Assembly (NCBI GenBank): GCA_041674765.1
Contig: JBAYVE010000001.1
Location: forward strand, 134,177 to 198,176
From: Patescibacteria group bacterium
GTDB lineage: Bacteria; Patescibacteriota; UBA1384; XYA2-FULL-43-10; 1-14-0-10-43-13
DNA: 64,000 bases
Direction: 5' to 3'
Below the pieces are notes generated by a model, which was not told the origin of the DNA, did no database searches, and worked only from the letters and a program-made list of their open reading frames with translations. The position numbers were made by a program, and so were the translations under genes. Positions 20,285-29,380 of this stretch are shown piece after piece; within the stretch, counting starts at the first letter, position 1, and the number at the start of each line of letters is the position of its first letter.

Positions 20285-20370
20285 CATTAATTTAAAATTT
20301 TAATCAATTTCTAATTTTTTAAAAGTTGGAAAATTAAGAATTGAATAAAAATTAAGAATTAAAAATTTGA
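20285..20370. repeat. Heptamer-unit inverted repeat in the recA leader
   Basis: aatttaa aatttta atcaatttct aattttt facing aaaatta agaattg aataaaa attaaga attaaaa att. The AGGAG RBS follows immediately. Confidence 0.7.
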
Positions 20371-20381
20371 ATAGGAGAACT

Positions 20382-21446
20382 ATGGCCAAGAAAGAAATAG
20401 AGGAAGCAAAAATAAGTGAAGGGAAAAACGAAGCGCTCAAAGCCGCATTGATGACAATCGAAAAGCAGTTTGGTAAAGGGGCGATAATGACGCTGGCTGA
20501 TCAGGCATCGTTAAAAGTAGATTCGATTTCAACAGGCTCATTTTCGTTGGATTTGGCTCTTGGGATCGGCGGATTGCCGAGAGGAAGGGTGGTTGAAATT
20601 TATGGACCTGAGTCTTCGGGCAAAACCACGCTCGCCATTTCCACAGTTGCTCAGGCACAAAAGCTTGGTGGCAGTTGCGCTTTTATCGACGCCGAACATG
20701 CTTTCGATCCAGAATATGCCAAGAATATTGGGGTAAATCTCGATGATCTACTAATTTCTCAGCCTGATAACGGTGAACAGGCCTTGGAAATTTGTGAAAC
20801 ATTGGTACGTTCAAACGCGCTCGATGTAATCGTCGTCGACTCGGTGGCAGCGCTTGTTCCAAGGGCCGAAATTGAGGGAGAAATGGGTGACTCGATGATG
20901 GGCGTCCAAGCCAGACTGATGTCGCAGGCTCTTCGAAAATTAACTGGTGCTGTCTCAAAATCCAAAACAGTTCTCATCTTTATCAACCAGATCCGTATGA
21001 AAATTGGTGTTATGTTTGGCAATCCAGAGACTACAACCGGCGGTAATGCGCTGAAGTTTTACTCTTCCGTCAGACTGGATATCCGCCGCAAAGCCGCTTT
21101 AAAAAAAGGTGATGATACGGTTGGCAACAATGTCACAGTGAAAGTTGTCAAGAATAAAGTTGCTCCACCATTCAAAACTGCGGAATTTGATCTGATGTTT
21201 GGCACCGGCATTGATTTCGAAGGTGAGATTCTCGACTCTGGCGTGAAATTCGGCATCGTCGAAAAAGCCGGCTCATGGCTTTCTTATAACGGCGAGAAAT
21301 TAGGACAGGGTAAAGAGGGTGGCAGAGCATTCCTGAAGAAAAATCCTCAAATTACAGAGGAAATCAAAAACGGTATCTTGGCAAAGGTAAAAGCCGACAA
21401 AGAAGATGACAAGGCAGCAGCAGCCGAAAATCAGCCCCAAGGTTAG
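20382..21446 (+). CDS. recA: Recombinase RecA
   Basis: [23 protein letters not shown] and [31 protein letters not shown] follows AGGAG. Confidence 0.99.
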   Translation: MAKKEIEEAKISEGKNEALKAALMTIEKQFGKGAIMTLADQASLKVDSISTGSFSLDLALGIGGLPRGRVVEIYGPESSGKTTLAISTVAQAQKLGGSCAFIDAEHAFDPEYAKNIGVNLDDLLISQPDNGEQALEICETLVRSNALDVIVVDSVAALVPRAEIEGEMGDSMMGVQARLMSQALRKLTGAVSKSKTVLIFINQIRMKIGVMFGNPETTTGGNALKFYSSVRLDIRRKAALKKGDDTVGNNVTVKVVKNKVAPPFKTAEFDLMFGTGIDFEGEILDSGVKFGIVEKAGSWLSYNGEKLGQGKEGGRAFLKKNPQITEEIKNGILAKVKADKEDDKAAAAENQPQG

Positions 21447-21504
21447 CCTCTATTTACTCTTCGAACGTCAGTAGCTTTCCATTTAAAAGAGGGGAGTAAA
21501 TTAG

Positions 21505-21957
21505 ATGAAGAAATCTCCACTTCAATATGCGCTGGATCTGATTGCGATGAGGGACAGAACTGTTGCCGAAATCCGCAAGAAAATGAAGGAGAAGGAATTT
21601 TTGCCGGAGGACATTGAGGCCACCGTTCAAAATTTAATCGATAAAAAATTTCTTGATGATGAGCGGTTCGTCGAAAATTTCATCCGGTCAAAACAGTTAG
21701 GCGGGAAAAGCGGTATCTTCAAAATAAAGTTCAAATTAATCAATCTGGGTATAAATAAAGATCTGATTGAAAAATACTTGAACGATGATGAAGAATGGCA
21801 ATACAATAATGCTAGAGAACTGGCGGAGAACTGGTTAGAAAAGAAGCAGTCGGTAGAACCAGCGAAAAGATACGGCCGATTAGGCAATTTTCTAGCAGCG
21901 AGGGGATTCAGTCTGAGCGTTATAAAAAAGGTTCTAAATGAGTTGCTTAAAAGTTAA
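21505..21957 (+). CDS. recX: Regulatory protein RecX
   Basis: RDRTVAEIRKK, FLDDERF and LAARGF motifs, directly after recA. Confidence 0.92.
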   Translation: MKKSPLQYALDLIAMRDRTVAEIRKKMKEKEFLPEDIEATVQNLIDKKFLDDERFVENFIRSKQLGGKSGIFKIKFKLINLGINKDLIEKYLNDDEEWQYNNARELAENWLEKKQSVEPAKRYGRLGNFLAARGFSLSVIKKVLNELLKS

Positions 21958-21959
21958 CC

Positions 21960-22440
21960 TTTCTTTTAATTTTAATTCTTAATTTTCAATTTCTATTCAA
22001 ATCCTAAATTCAAATTATTAATGGCAGAATTAAATAATTACAATCTCGAAGAGAGAACGGCAAAGTTTGGAGAAGACATTATTAAGTTCTGCCGTGAATT
22101 GAAGTTTAATGTAATAACTGAGCCAATCATCAAGCAAATAATTCGCTCCGCTACCAGTATTGGTGCCAATTATATGGAAGCAAATGGTGCTTGTTCAAAA
22201 AGTGATTTTAAGAATAAAATATTTATTTGCAAGAAAGAGACAATGGAGACAAAACATTGGCTTCGAATACTGTCGTCGGCACTGCCAGAAAAGGCAGATA
22301 AATTAAGAGGATATTGGAAAGAAGCTCAAGAACTAACATTAATATTTTCAAAGATTGCTGCCAGCTCAAACAAAAAGTAGTTAGAAATTTAATTTAAAAA
22401 TTGATTAAAAATTAAGAATTAGAAATTAAAAATTATAGAA
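21960..22440. mobile_element. Putative element: four-helix-bundle gene between ~60-bp heptamer-built inverted arms
   Basis: The left arm 21960-22020 aligns to the reverse complement of 22381-22440. Mobility is inferred, not shown. Confidence 0.55.
22021..22380 (+). CDS. Four helix bundle protein (23S rRNA IVP/TIGR02436-like)
   Basis: LEERT..F, QIIRSATSIGANYMEA, DFKNKIFICKKE..ETKHWL motifs. Confidence 0.93.
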   Translation: MAELNNYNLEERTAKFGEDIIKFCRELKFNVITEPIIKQIIRSATSIGANYMEANGACSKSDFKNKIFICKKETMETKHWLRILSSALPEKADKLRGYWKEAQELTLIFSKIAASSNKK

Positions 22441-22467
22441 TAACGATTAATTTATTTTTGGAGGGTT

Positions 22468-24813
22468 ATGGCATCTAAGTTGAAGTATGTTCTCTGGTTC
22501 AAGGAAATCGGTAAGGACGATATTCCGTTAGTCGGCGGCAAAGGCGCCAATCTTGGTGAGCTCACGAAGGCTGGCATTCCGGTGCCGAATGGTTTTTGCG
22601 TCACGGCTCAGGCTTACTACCACTTTTTGAAGAAGACCGGCATTGAAAACCAAATCAATAAACTTTTGAAAGGTCTAAATCCGGAGGATAACAAAAAGTT
22701 GAATAAAGTTGCTAAGGAAATTAAAAAGATTATCCTTGGAGCAGAAATTCCTGACGATCTCTCGAAAGCAATCGAAGAATCCTATTATCAGCTTGGCAGT
22801 TTCCCGGTGGCTGTCCGCTCTAGCGCTACTGCCGAAGATTTGCCAGAAGCCTCATTCGCCGGCCAGCAGGCGACTTTTCTGAACATCAAGGGCAAGAAAA
22901 AGGTGGTAGAAGCCACTTTGGCTTGTTATGCCTCCTTATTCGAAGCTAGAGCTATTTACTACCGGATTATCAACAAATATGACCACATGAAGATTGGCTT
23001 GTCAGCAGTCGTCCAAAATATGGTTCAGTCTGACAAATCGGGCATTCTCTTTACTGTCGACCCTGTTTCAGAAGACGCCGGCAAAATGGTAATCGAAGCA
23101 GGCTATGGCCTAGGAGAGGCAATAGTTTCCGGGTCTGTCACGCCGGACCGTTATATTATCGATAAATCAAAATCAGAAATTATTGACAAAGAAATAAACC
23201 GTCAGACTTGGAAAATTGTACATAATATTGAAGGGGGAGACAAGCATTTGGCAGTGTCGAAAAGCCTTCAATCCAAACAAAAAATCACCGATGAAGAGGT
23301 ATTAAAATTGGCGGAAATCGCCCTAAAAATCGAAAAACATTATGGCAAACCGCAAGATACAGAGTGGGCAATTGAAGACAGCGTAGTCTATTTCGTCCAA
23401 TCCCGTCCTATCACCACATTAAATAAAAAGTCAATCCATTCGGCAGGCTCCGGACAAGCAATAAAAAGTCAAAACGAAGGTATTACCTCTGGCGATTCTA
23501 TTGAAATCGGCAAAGCAACCGTTTTGCTTAAAGGTGCCGCCGCTTCTCTCGGGATGGCTTCTGGGCCTGTCAAAATAATTCATAAGCCGACAGAGATAGA
23601 CAAAATTCAGCAGGGTGATGTTTTGGTCACAGAAATGACAACCCCTGATTTTGTGCCAGCAATGAGAAAAGCGACTGCGATAGTCACTGATACCGGCGGT
23701 CGGACTTGTCACGCAGCGATAGTTTCTCGCGAGCTTGGCATCCCATGCGTTGTTGGTACAGGGACAGCCACTCACAAACTTGCTAACGGTCAGGTTATCA
23801 CCGTCGATGGTGCGAGCGGAATGGTCTATAAGGGAAAAATTTCACAGAGTCAGACTCAAAATACAGCAAAAATCGCAGGTTCGGGTTCACAAGTCTCTGA
23901 AGAGATACCTGTTACTGGCACAAAAGTTTATGTTAATCTAGGTGAGCCTCAATTGGCCGCTGAAATTGCAAAACTTCCTGTCGATGGTGTTGGTCTTCTT
24001 CGGGCTGAATTTATGATTGCAAATCTCGGCGAGCATCCGAAGGCAATGGTAGCAGCCGGTCGTTCTGAAAAATACGTTGCTGCTCTAGTGGAAGGATTAA
24101 AAACAATTGCCGGAGCATTTAACCCGCGTCCGGTAGTTTATCGCGCAACAGATTTCAAAACAAATGAATACAGGGGACTCAAAGGCGGGGATAAATATGA
24201 GCCGGTTGAGGATAATCCGATGATTGGCTACAGGGGGGCTTCCAGATATATCGCCGAGCCCGAGATGTTTGCCCTTGAACTAAGAGCCATCAAAAAGGTT
24301 CGAGACGAATTTGATCTAAAGAATCTCTGGATTATGGTGCCATTTGTTCGCACTGTCAGCGAGATGAAAGAATGTATGGAGTTGATTGAGAAGAACGGTT
24401 TGAAACAGGGCGCTGATCTCAAAATTTGGATGATGTGCGAAGTGCCATCAAATGTAATACTCCTCGAAAAATTTCTTGATCTTGGCATTGATGGGATATC
24501 AATTGGTTCCAATGATTTGACTCAGTTGACTCTTGGTGTTGATCGGGACAATCAAACATTGGCCAAAATCTTCGACGAACGCGATGAAGCTGTACAGCTG
24601 TCGATTGAATATGTGATCAAGACCTGCCGCAAGCGAAATGTGACCTGTTCTATCTGCGGTCAGGCTCCGAGCGTCTACCCTGAGATTACTGAAATGATGG
24701 TCAAGGCGGGCACGACTTCTGTTTCTGTCACTCCGGATATGATCATTCCAACAAAAAAACTAATCGCATCGGTAGAGAAACGAATACTGCTCTCAAAAAT
24801 TATTGAACGGTAG
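22468..24813 (+). CDS. ppsA: Phosphoenolpyruvate synthase
   Basis: VGGKGANLGEL, AVRSSATAEDLPEASFAGQQ, GGRTCHAAIVSRELG and SIGSNDLTQL motifs. Confidence 0.98.
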   Translation: MASKLKYVLWFKEIGKDDIPLVGGKGANLGELTKAGIPVPNGFCVTAQAYYHFLKKTGIENQINKLLKGLNPEDNKKLNKVAKEIKKIILGAEIPDDLSKAIEESYYQLGSFPVAVRSSATAEDLPEASFAGQQATFLNIKGKKKVVEATLACYASLFEARAIYYRIINKYDHMKIGLSAVVQNMVQSDKSGILFTVDPVSEDAGKMVIEAGYGLGEAIVSGSVTPDRYIIDKSKSEIIDKEINRQTWKIVHNIEGGDKHLAVSKSLQSKQKITDEEVLKLAEIALKIEKHYGKPQDTEWAIEDSVVYFVQSRPITTLNKKSIHSAGSGQAIKSQNEGITSGDSIEIGKATVLLKGAAASLGMASGPVKIIHKPTEIDKIQQGDVLVTEMTTPDFVPAMRKATAIVTDTGGRTCHAAIVSRELGIPCVVGTGTATHKLANGQVITVDGASGMVYKGKISQSQTQNTAKIAGSGSQVSEEIPVTGTKVYVNLGEPQLAAEIAKLPVDGVGLLRAEFMIANLGEHPKAMVAAGRSEKYVAALVEGLKTIAGAFNPRPVVYRATDFKTNEYRGLKGGDKYEPVEDNPMIGYRGASRYIAEPEMFALELRAIKKVRDEFDLKNLWIMVPFVRTVSEMKECMELIEKNGLKQGADLKIWMMCEVPSNVILLEKFLDLGIDGISIGSNDLTQLTLGVDRDNQTLAKIFDERDEAVQLSIEYVIKTCRKRNVTCSICGQAPSVYPEITEMMVKAGTTSVSVTPDMIIPTKKLIASVEKRILLSKIIER

Positions 24814-24825
24814 GAATTCGATTTT

Positions 24826-25150
24826 TATCGTTCGAACATCGCATATTATGATTCAAACAAAGTGAGAACTAACTTAGTTTTTATATTTCAGCGGAAGATT
24901 TATCCTCTTAAAACCCCACAATAGATCCCACTTCGCTTCCTCCTTCGCTAAAGCTACGGAATGGCACGGCGAGGGACACGGTCGGAATGACTAACTATTT
25001 TGCAGTACTTAGTACTATAATCTGAAGATTTCTCCCCCTTTTCGAGGGGGAGCTAGAGGGGGTGTATTTAAATTTGTCATCCCAGGGGCAGGCAAAGTCG
25101 AAGGCCGGGGATTCAATGCCTCTTTATCGTTCGAACAAGCGAGAACTATT
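24826..25150. repeat. Cluster of degenerate REP-like palindromes of several families
   Basis: gttcgaac..gagaact arms (24829, 25128), nested tcccacttcgc..gcgagggac (24926-24977), CTCCCCCTT..GAGGGGGAGCTAGAGGGGG (25033-25062) and a TGTCATCCC arm (25075). Confidence 0.7.
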
Positions 25151-25193
25151 CTTTTTTTGTGCCTATCAAAGCAAGCGCTCTTACCTCAACCTC

Positions 25194-25222
25194 TTGACTG
25201 CTATGTCGATTCGGCGTATAAT
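25194..25222 (+). promoter_or_regulatory. Sigma70-type promoter
   Basis: TTGACT-N17-TATAAT. Confidence 0.8.
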
Positions 25223-25258
25223 ATATATAGAAATATCCCACAATAAGGAGGTACGGGG

Positions 25259-25687
25259 ATGTTTAGTTTTGGTGGTTCGCAGGGAATCAAGTTGTACATC
25301 AATGGCAGATTTTCTGCCCGAGGGATGACTTCGCTCAAGTTAATCAAGCGTCGAGTTATAGATAGTCGCTTGAGATCCCAATATTATCGTGCTCACATTG
25401 AGCACACCCGTGAAGTCACTCCTCAACAGAGAGAGCTATTAAGTCAACTGATGCCGTCGATCTCTTGCAAGCTCAAAACGATCGAAAGCGTCGCGATCGA
25501 CGTTTATGAGAAAAGCCGAGCCGAAGTGGTTGGCATGGTCGACCCAGTGACCGCTCGCGTTGACGTGCTGCAGGCAAGTCCTTTAGGAATTTTGCAATTT
25601 GCAGTTATTGTTGACATAACCATTCCTCGCGTCATCGACGCATGGAATGTTCCAAGTACAGAAAATAGCTGCCCCAAGGCATCTTAG
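25259..25687 (+). CDS. Hypothetical protein
   Basis: AAGGAGG RBS, own promoter and terminator. Confidence 0.65.
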   Translation: MFSFGGSQGIKLYINGRFSARGMTSLKLIKRRVIDSRLRSQYYRAHIEHTREVTPQQRELLSQLMPSISCKLKTIESVAIDVYEKSRAEVVGMVDPVTARVDVLQASPLGILQFAVIVDITIPRVIDAWNVPSTENSCPKAS

Positions 25688-25706
25688 TCATAGCACTTAT
25701 CTTTGC

Positions 25707-25745
25707 CTTTCCCTGACCGGTTCGTCCGGTCAGGGAAAGTTTTTT
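25707..25745 (+). terminator. Intrinsic terminator
   Basis: CTTTCCCTGACCGG-loop-CCGGTCAGGGAAAG followed by a T run. Confidence 0.88.
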
Positions 25746-25757
25746 ATAAGGGAATAA

Positions 25758-26345
25758 TTATTTCTTCTTATTTTCAATCTCTTGATCTAGGTGATCGAAG
25801 ATATTGGTTAACTCTTTATTAAACTCCAGATATGGTAGGGCATAAGGTCTTCGGCTGTGAGAGCCGATATCCTCCGTTGTGCCTCGCCAAACTATTTTGT
25901 TGTTTGATACCTCTACCTGCAAGGTATAGCAGATTTTATCAAGCGCCTTTACCACTTTCGATTCGATTGTCTTGCCCTCATCATATTCTTGCCAGAGGCC
26001 ATAATATTCCTTCTGCATATCTGCCGGCAGCAAGGAAAATAACTTATCAGCGGAGATTATTTCTTTTTGCCTTTTTTTGTTCTTCTCCTGCTCTGTTTCA
26101 GGCCAAGAGTCACCAGTATATATTTCAACCAGATCATGCACAATTGCCAATTTCAGAGCTTTGAGTTCGTCAAAATTAATTCCGATTTCATCTTTCACAG
26201 TCATAATCATCAAGGCCAGATGCCATGAATGTTCGGCATCATTTTCGCGTCTTTTGCGGTCGGAAAGACAAGGGATCCGCTCAATTAGTTTGAGTTTCTC
26301 TGTCTCCTTCCAAAAAGCAATAATTTTTTGCAATCGGTTATCCAT
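25758..26345 (-). CDS. HD-domain hydrolase (HD_3/YfbR-like 5'-deoxynucleotidase)
   Basis: ENDAEHSWHLA, VHDLVEIYTGD and KALDK motifs. Start MDNRLQ chosen to avoid overlap. Confidence 0.9.
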   Translation of the reverse strand: MDNRLQKIIAFWKETEKLKLIERIPCLSDRKRRENDAEHSWHLALMIMTVKDEIGINFDELKALKLAIVHDLVEIYTGDSWPETEQEKNKKRQKEIISADKLFSLLPADMQKEYYGLWQEYDEGKTIESKVVKALDKICYTLQVEVSNNKIVWRGTTEDIGSHSRRPYALPYLEFNKELTNIFDHLDQEIENKKK

Positions 26346-26368
26346 TATGTATGAGGGATTATCAATTT

Positions 26369-27229
26369 TTACCGCAGCATCATTATTCCAAAAAGAATGA
26401 TGACAATTGCTATATATTGTTTCAGCTCCAATTTTTCTCGGTAGACAAAAGCTCCGTAGATACAAACAACTAGCGGGCCAGCGGCGGCCAAAGCAGTCAT
26501 GATGCTCAAAGAATAAATTTTGATGCCCTGATAGTATGCCATCACGCCTACAATGGATAGCAAGGAAATTGCCAACACTGGTTTTATATTCGTGAAAGTA
26601 GGCTTTTCAACTCTATCTTTATTGAAAAGTAAAATAATAAACACAATCCCGAGCATCATTGTTTCCTCTAGATATGAGGTTAGGACAGCGCCCATTTCCA
26701 TTACTGGAATTCTGATCAGAAAAAAGTAAATACCCCAGCCGATAGCAGCAAGTAGGGCATAATAAATTCCGCTTGATTTTTGGAAGAGGTGAGAGTTTTT
26801 GAAATCCCTGAATTTGATAGATATCAGTAGAATGCCACAAATGATTATGGCTATTGCAAAAATTTCAGTTGCTGTAAGACGATCTTGATATGCCACCATA
26901 GCCAAGAAAGCGGTGAAGACGGTGTAAATAGATGACACGGGGCTGACAATTCCTACTTTCCCCAAATCCATTCCCTTATAAAAGAAGTAAAGCGGCCAAT
27001 AGCCGATGAAAGAGATAACAACAGTAATCAAAGCATATTTTAGTGAAAAATGAGCAAACTGGCCGGTCAAAAGTACAATGCCAAGTAGTATAACTGACAT
27101 AAAAATGCCCCGCCAGAACATAAGTTTATTCGGGCCGAAAGTCCTGATCGGCTTTTTGGAAATAGCGTTTCCAAGCCCCATTGTGACGAGAGCTAAAATT
27201 CCTAGAAATAATCCGAGAGATGCGTTCAT
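26369..27229 (-). CDS. EamA/DMT family transporter
   Basis: Ten TM helices in two repeats, 286 aa. Confidence 0.88.
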   Translation of the reverse strand: MNASLGLFLGILALVTMGLGNAISKKPIRTFGPNKLMFWRGIFMSVILLGIVLLTGQFAHFSLKYALITVVISFIGYWPLYFFYKGMDLGKVGIVSPVSSIYTVFTAFLAMVAYQDRLTATEIFAIAIIICGILLISIKFRDFKNSHLFQKSSGIYYALLAAIGWGIYFFLIRIPVMEMGAVLTSYLEETMMLGIVFIILLFNKDRVEKPTFTNIKPVLAISLLSIVGVMAYYQGIKIYSLSIMTALAAAGPLVVCIYGAFVYREKLELKQYIAIVIILFGIMMLR

Positions 27230-27326
27230 AATTTATAATTACCTTTTATTTCTTTATGCCTTGATAACTCGATAAACTTTTAACTAACCTTATACTTCAA
27301 GCTAATAATAACATAGATTAGATTGA

Positions 27327-27965
27327 TTAGATTTTTTCGACATTCGGTTTGACATCATATTCGTCTTTCCACTCCCAGCCGTGGGATTCGAACTTTGGTT
27401 TCAGTCTCTTTTTCAATTCCTTGAGCAACGGCTTGGAATCGGGGCAATTATTTACTGCTTTGTCGGGATATGGTGCGATCAATTCCGGATGGTCAAAACA
27501 ACTATCTCCGATTGCAGACATATGATTTATAGTCTCAATCTTGTCCAGTGCTTTGACCAGTTTTGCTTCCTCCGTTTTTCCTTCCTCGTATTCTTGCCAA
27601 AAATCATATATTTTCATACCTGATTTTTGAGGCAAGATTGATTTAAAATGATCTATTGCTTTTATTTCTGCTGCGCGCTTTTCTTCCTTCGTTTTCAAAC
27701 CGAAAGCAATAAGAGAATTATCGGTATCACCCGCTAATGCTTCTACTAAGTCGTGAATCAGTGCCATTTCCAAAGATTTTATCTTGTTCACCTTTAAATT
27801 TAATTCATCAATAGCCAAGAATACCAACATCGCCAAGTGCCAGGAATGATCGGCGCTTGACTCTTTATTTACCATCTGCGGAGTATTTCCCCAGCGTTTC
27901 GTGTTCTTCAGAGTATCCGAAACTTCAAGGAAATCAAATATTTTTTTAATTTTGTTTTCTTTCAT
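27327..27965 (-). CDS. HD-domain hydrolase (HD_3/YfbR-like)
   Basis: ESSADHSWHLA, IHDLVEALAGD and KALDKIE. The ORF-track N-terminal extension is translated REP sequence. Confidence 0.9.
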   Translation of the reverse strand: MKENKIKKIFDFLEVSDTLKNTKRWGNTPQMVNKESSADHSWHLAMLVFLAIDELNLKVNKIKSLEMALIHDLVEALAGDTDNSLIAFGLKTKEEKRAAEIKAIDHFKSILPQKSGMKIYDFWQEYEEGKTEEAKLVKALDKIETINHMSAIGDSCFDHPELIAPYPDKAVNNCPDSKPLLKELKKRLKPKFESHGWEWKDEYDVKPNVEKI

Positions 27966-27976
27966 ATCTGCTTGTC

Positions 27977-28050
27977 TGTCATTCCTGCGGAGGCAGGAAT
28001 CTAGGTACGAAAACGCGCCTTCTGGATCCCGGATCAAGTCCGGGATGACA
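27977..28050. repeat. GTCA-type REP doublet
   Basis: TGTCATTCCTGCGGAGGCAGGAATCTAG...CTGGATCCCGGATCAAGTCCGGGATGACA. Confidence 0.85.
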
Positions 28051-28055
28051 AGGGG

Positions 28056-28658
28056 TTAGCTAATTAATAAATTACTGATTTCTCTCCAATTATAAACACG
28101 TTTTATATTTTTATGTTCAACGACTGGTTGGTTCCAAGGCGTATCGTACAGCAAGACAAAAACATTTTTATCAGCACAGTCTTCTGCATGCAATATTAAA
28201 TCCTCAACTAGAATATCGGCATTCAGATCATTACATATTTCTCCCTTGGATTTGCCTTCGTATCCCAAATGCTTATGGCTTGAAAAATATATTTCGTCAA
28301 AAACCTTGGGAAAATGCTGGTCTAGCCAATCAGAAGTTTTCTTCCGCAACTTATCAGGTCTGGAGGTTACTAAAGTGAGGCCAAAACCATTTTTTTTCAA
28401 TTCTAGCAGGGCAGATTGAGCCTCCGCTCTGGGTAATATCTTGTCAAAAGAAGGGCTCAAAAAAAATTCGTCTAGGACTAAGCCAATTTTTCTATAGCTT
28501 GGATCCAATATCGTCAGTCCATTGGGATCGTCTTTGGAAATATCTGTGATTTTATGAGAGGTGTTAAACTTCTGGTTATGAAAATCAAAAAACCTCTCTG
28601 TTAAATCATTCAAGACATCATCAAGATCAACGGCGATTTTTTTATTTATGTGTTTCAT
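28056..28658 (-). CDS. 5'(3')-deoxyribonucleotidase-like HAD protein (NT5C family)
   Basis: AVDLDDVL, VTSRP, WLDQHFP, LVED and PWN motifs. Confidence 0.88.
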   Translation of the reverse strand: MKHINKKIAVDLDDVLNDLTERFFDFHNQKFNTSHKITDISKDDPNGLTILDPSYRKIGLVLDEFFLSPSFDKILPRAEAQSALLELKKNGFGLTLVTSRPDKLRKKTSDWLDQHFPKVFDEIYFSSHKHLGYEGKSKGEICNDLNADILVEDLILHAEDCADKNVFVLLYDTPWNQPVVEHKNIKRVYNWREISNLLIS

Positions 28659-28965
28659 TTAGTTTATCCCAATCCCAAACCCTTTTCTCATTAAATTCCA
28701 TTTTCTTTTTTATCTCTTGTTCAATATCAATCTCGAATACTCCGGCCAGGTTTAGCACTCGGATAATTATATCCGCCAGTTCCTCCTTGAAGCCGTCCTT
28801 TCCGTCAATATTTTTTCTTCGGTAAGCTTCGTAAGCTTCCGAAACTTCGGAATGAATCAGGGCTATCTTTTCGGCGACATTAATTTCCTTAAGGTTAGTA
28901 CCAAAGCCTTTTCTTTCGGCCTGAGCCATAATTTCACCAATTAAATCGTTCAAGCTTTTACTCAT
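28642..28965 (-). CDS. MazG-like NTP pyrophosphohydrolase
   Basis: LIHSEVSEAYEA...EELADIIIR...KMEFN. Confidence 0.88.
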   Translation of the reverse strand: MSKSLNDLIGEIMAQAERKGFGTNLKEINVAEKIALIHSEVSEAYEAYRRKNIDGKDGFKEELADIIIRVLNLAGVFEIDIEQEIKKKMEFNEKRVWDWDKLNETHK

Positions 28966-29368
28966 TTCTAAATGATTGGAATTCATCAACCGTTGTTTGG
29001 TATAATTTGCCTTCGACATTAGCCGCGATTGTCATATTATGATCTCCGCGTAGAGCACCCTTCAATATCTCCTTACTGGTAAACTCGCTGAAAGCCAATG
29101 AAAGGACTTTGGTACCGTTTTCTCTGTCATGGCCGATGAAGGTGATGATAGGGTTACTACCAGATTCGATTGCAGCTAACAGCGCTTCCCGTGAAAGCGG
29201 AGCGTGGGCTGTTTCGTCTGCCACCGGGGCTGGTTCGCCGCTTGTAACAGGAATTGGGCTGGCTAGATCTATCCTGTCAAATGATAGTTGACCCTCGGGG
29301 GCCTTTCTCGCCTGAGGAATGTCGGGAGAAACTTCTGGATCCCTGGTAATGTCTTGCTCTCTGTTCAT
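28958..29368 (-). CDS. Hypothetical protein
   Basis: AGGAG RBS, co-oriented and overlapping its neighbours. Confidence 0.65.
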   Translation of the reverse strand: MNREQDITRDPEVSPDIPQARKAPEGQLSFDRIDLASPIPVTSGEPAPVADETAHAPLSREALLAAIESGSNPIITFIGHDRENGTKVLSLAFSEFTSKEILKGALRGDHNMTIAANVEGKLYQTTVDEFQSFRNE

Positions 29369-29380
29369 AGGAACTCCTAT

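Noticed and set aside
22021-22380. Avd of a diversity-generating retroelement
   Set aside because: No reverse transcriptase or TR/VR pair differing at adenines is seen in the window.
27966-28037. N-terminal extension of the HD protein in the ORF track
   Set aside because: It is translated REP sequence. The same applies to extensions at 49258-49380, 51877-51945, 42070-42180 and 59391-59450.
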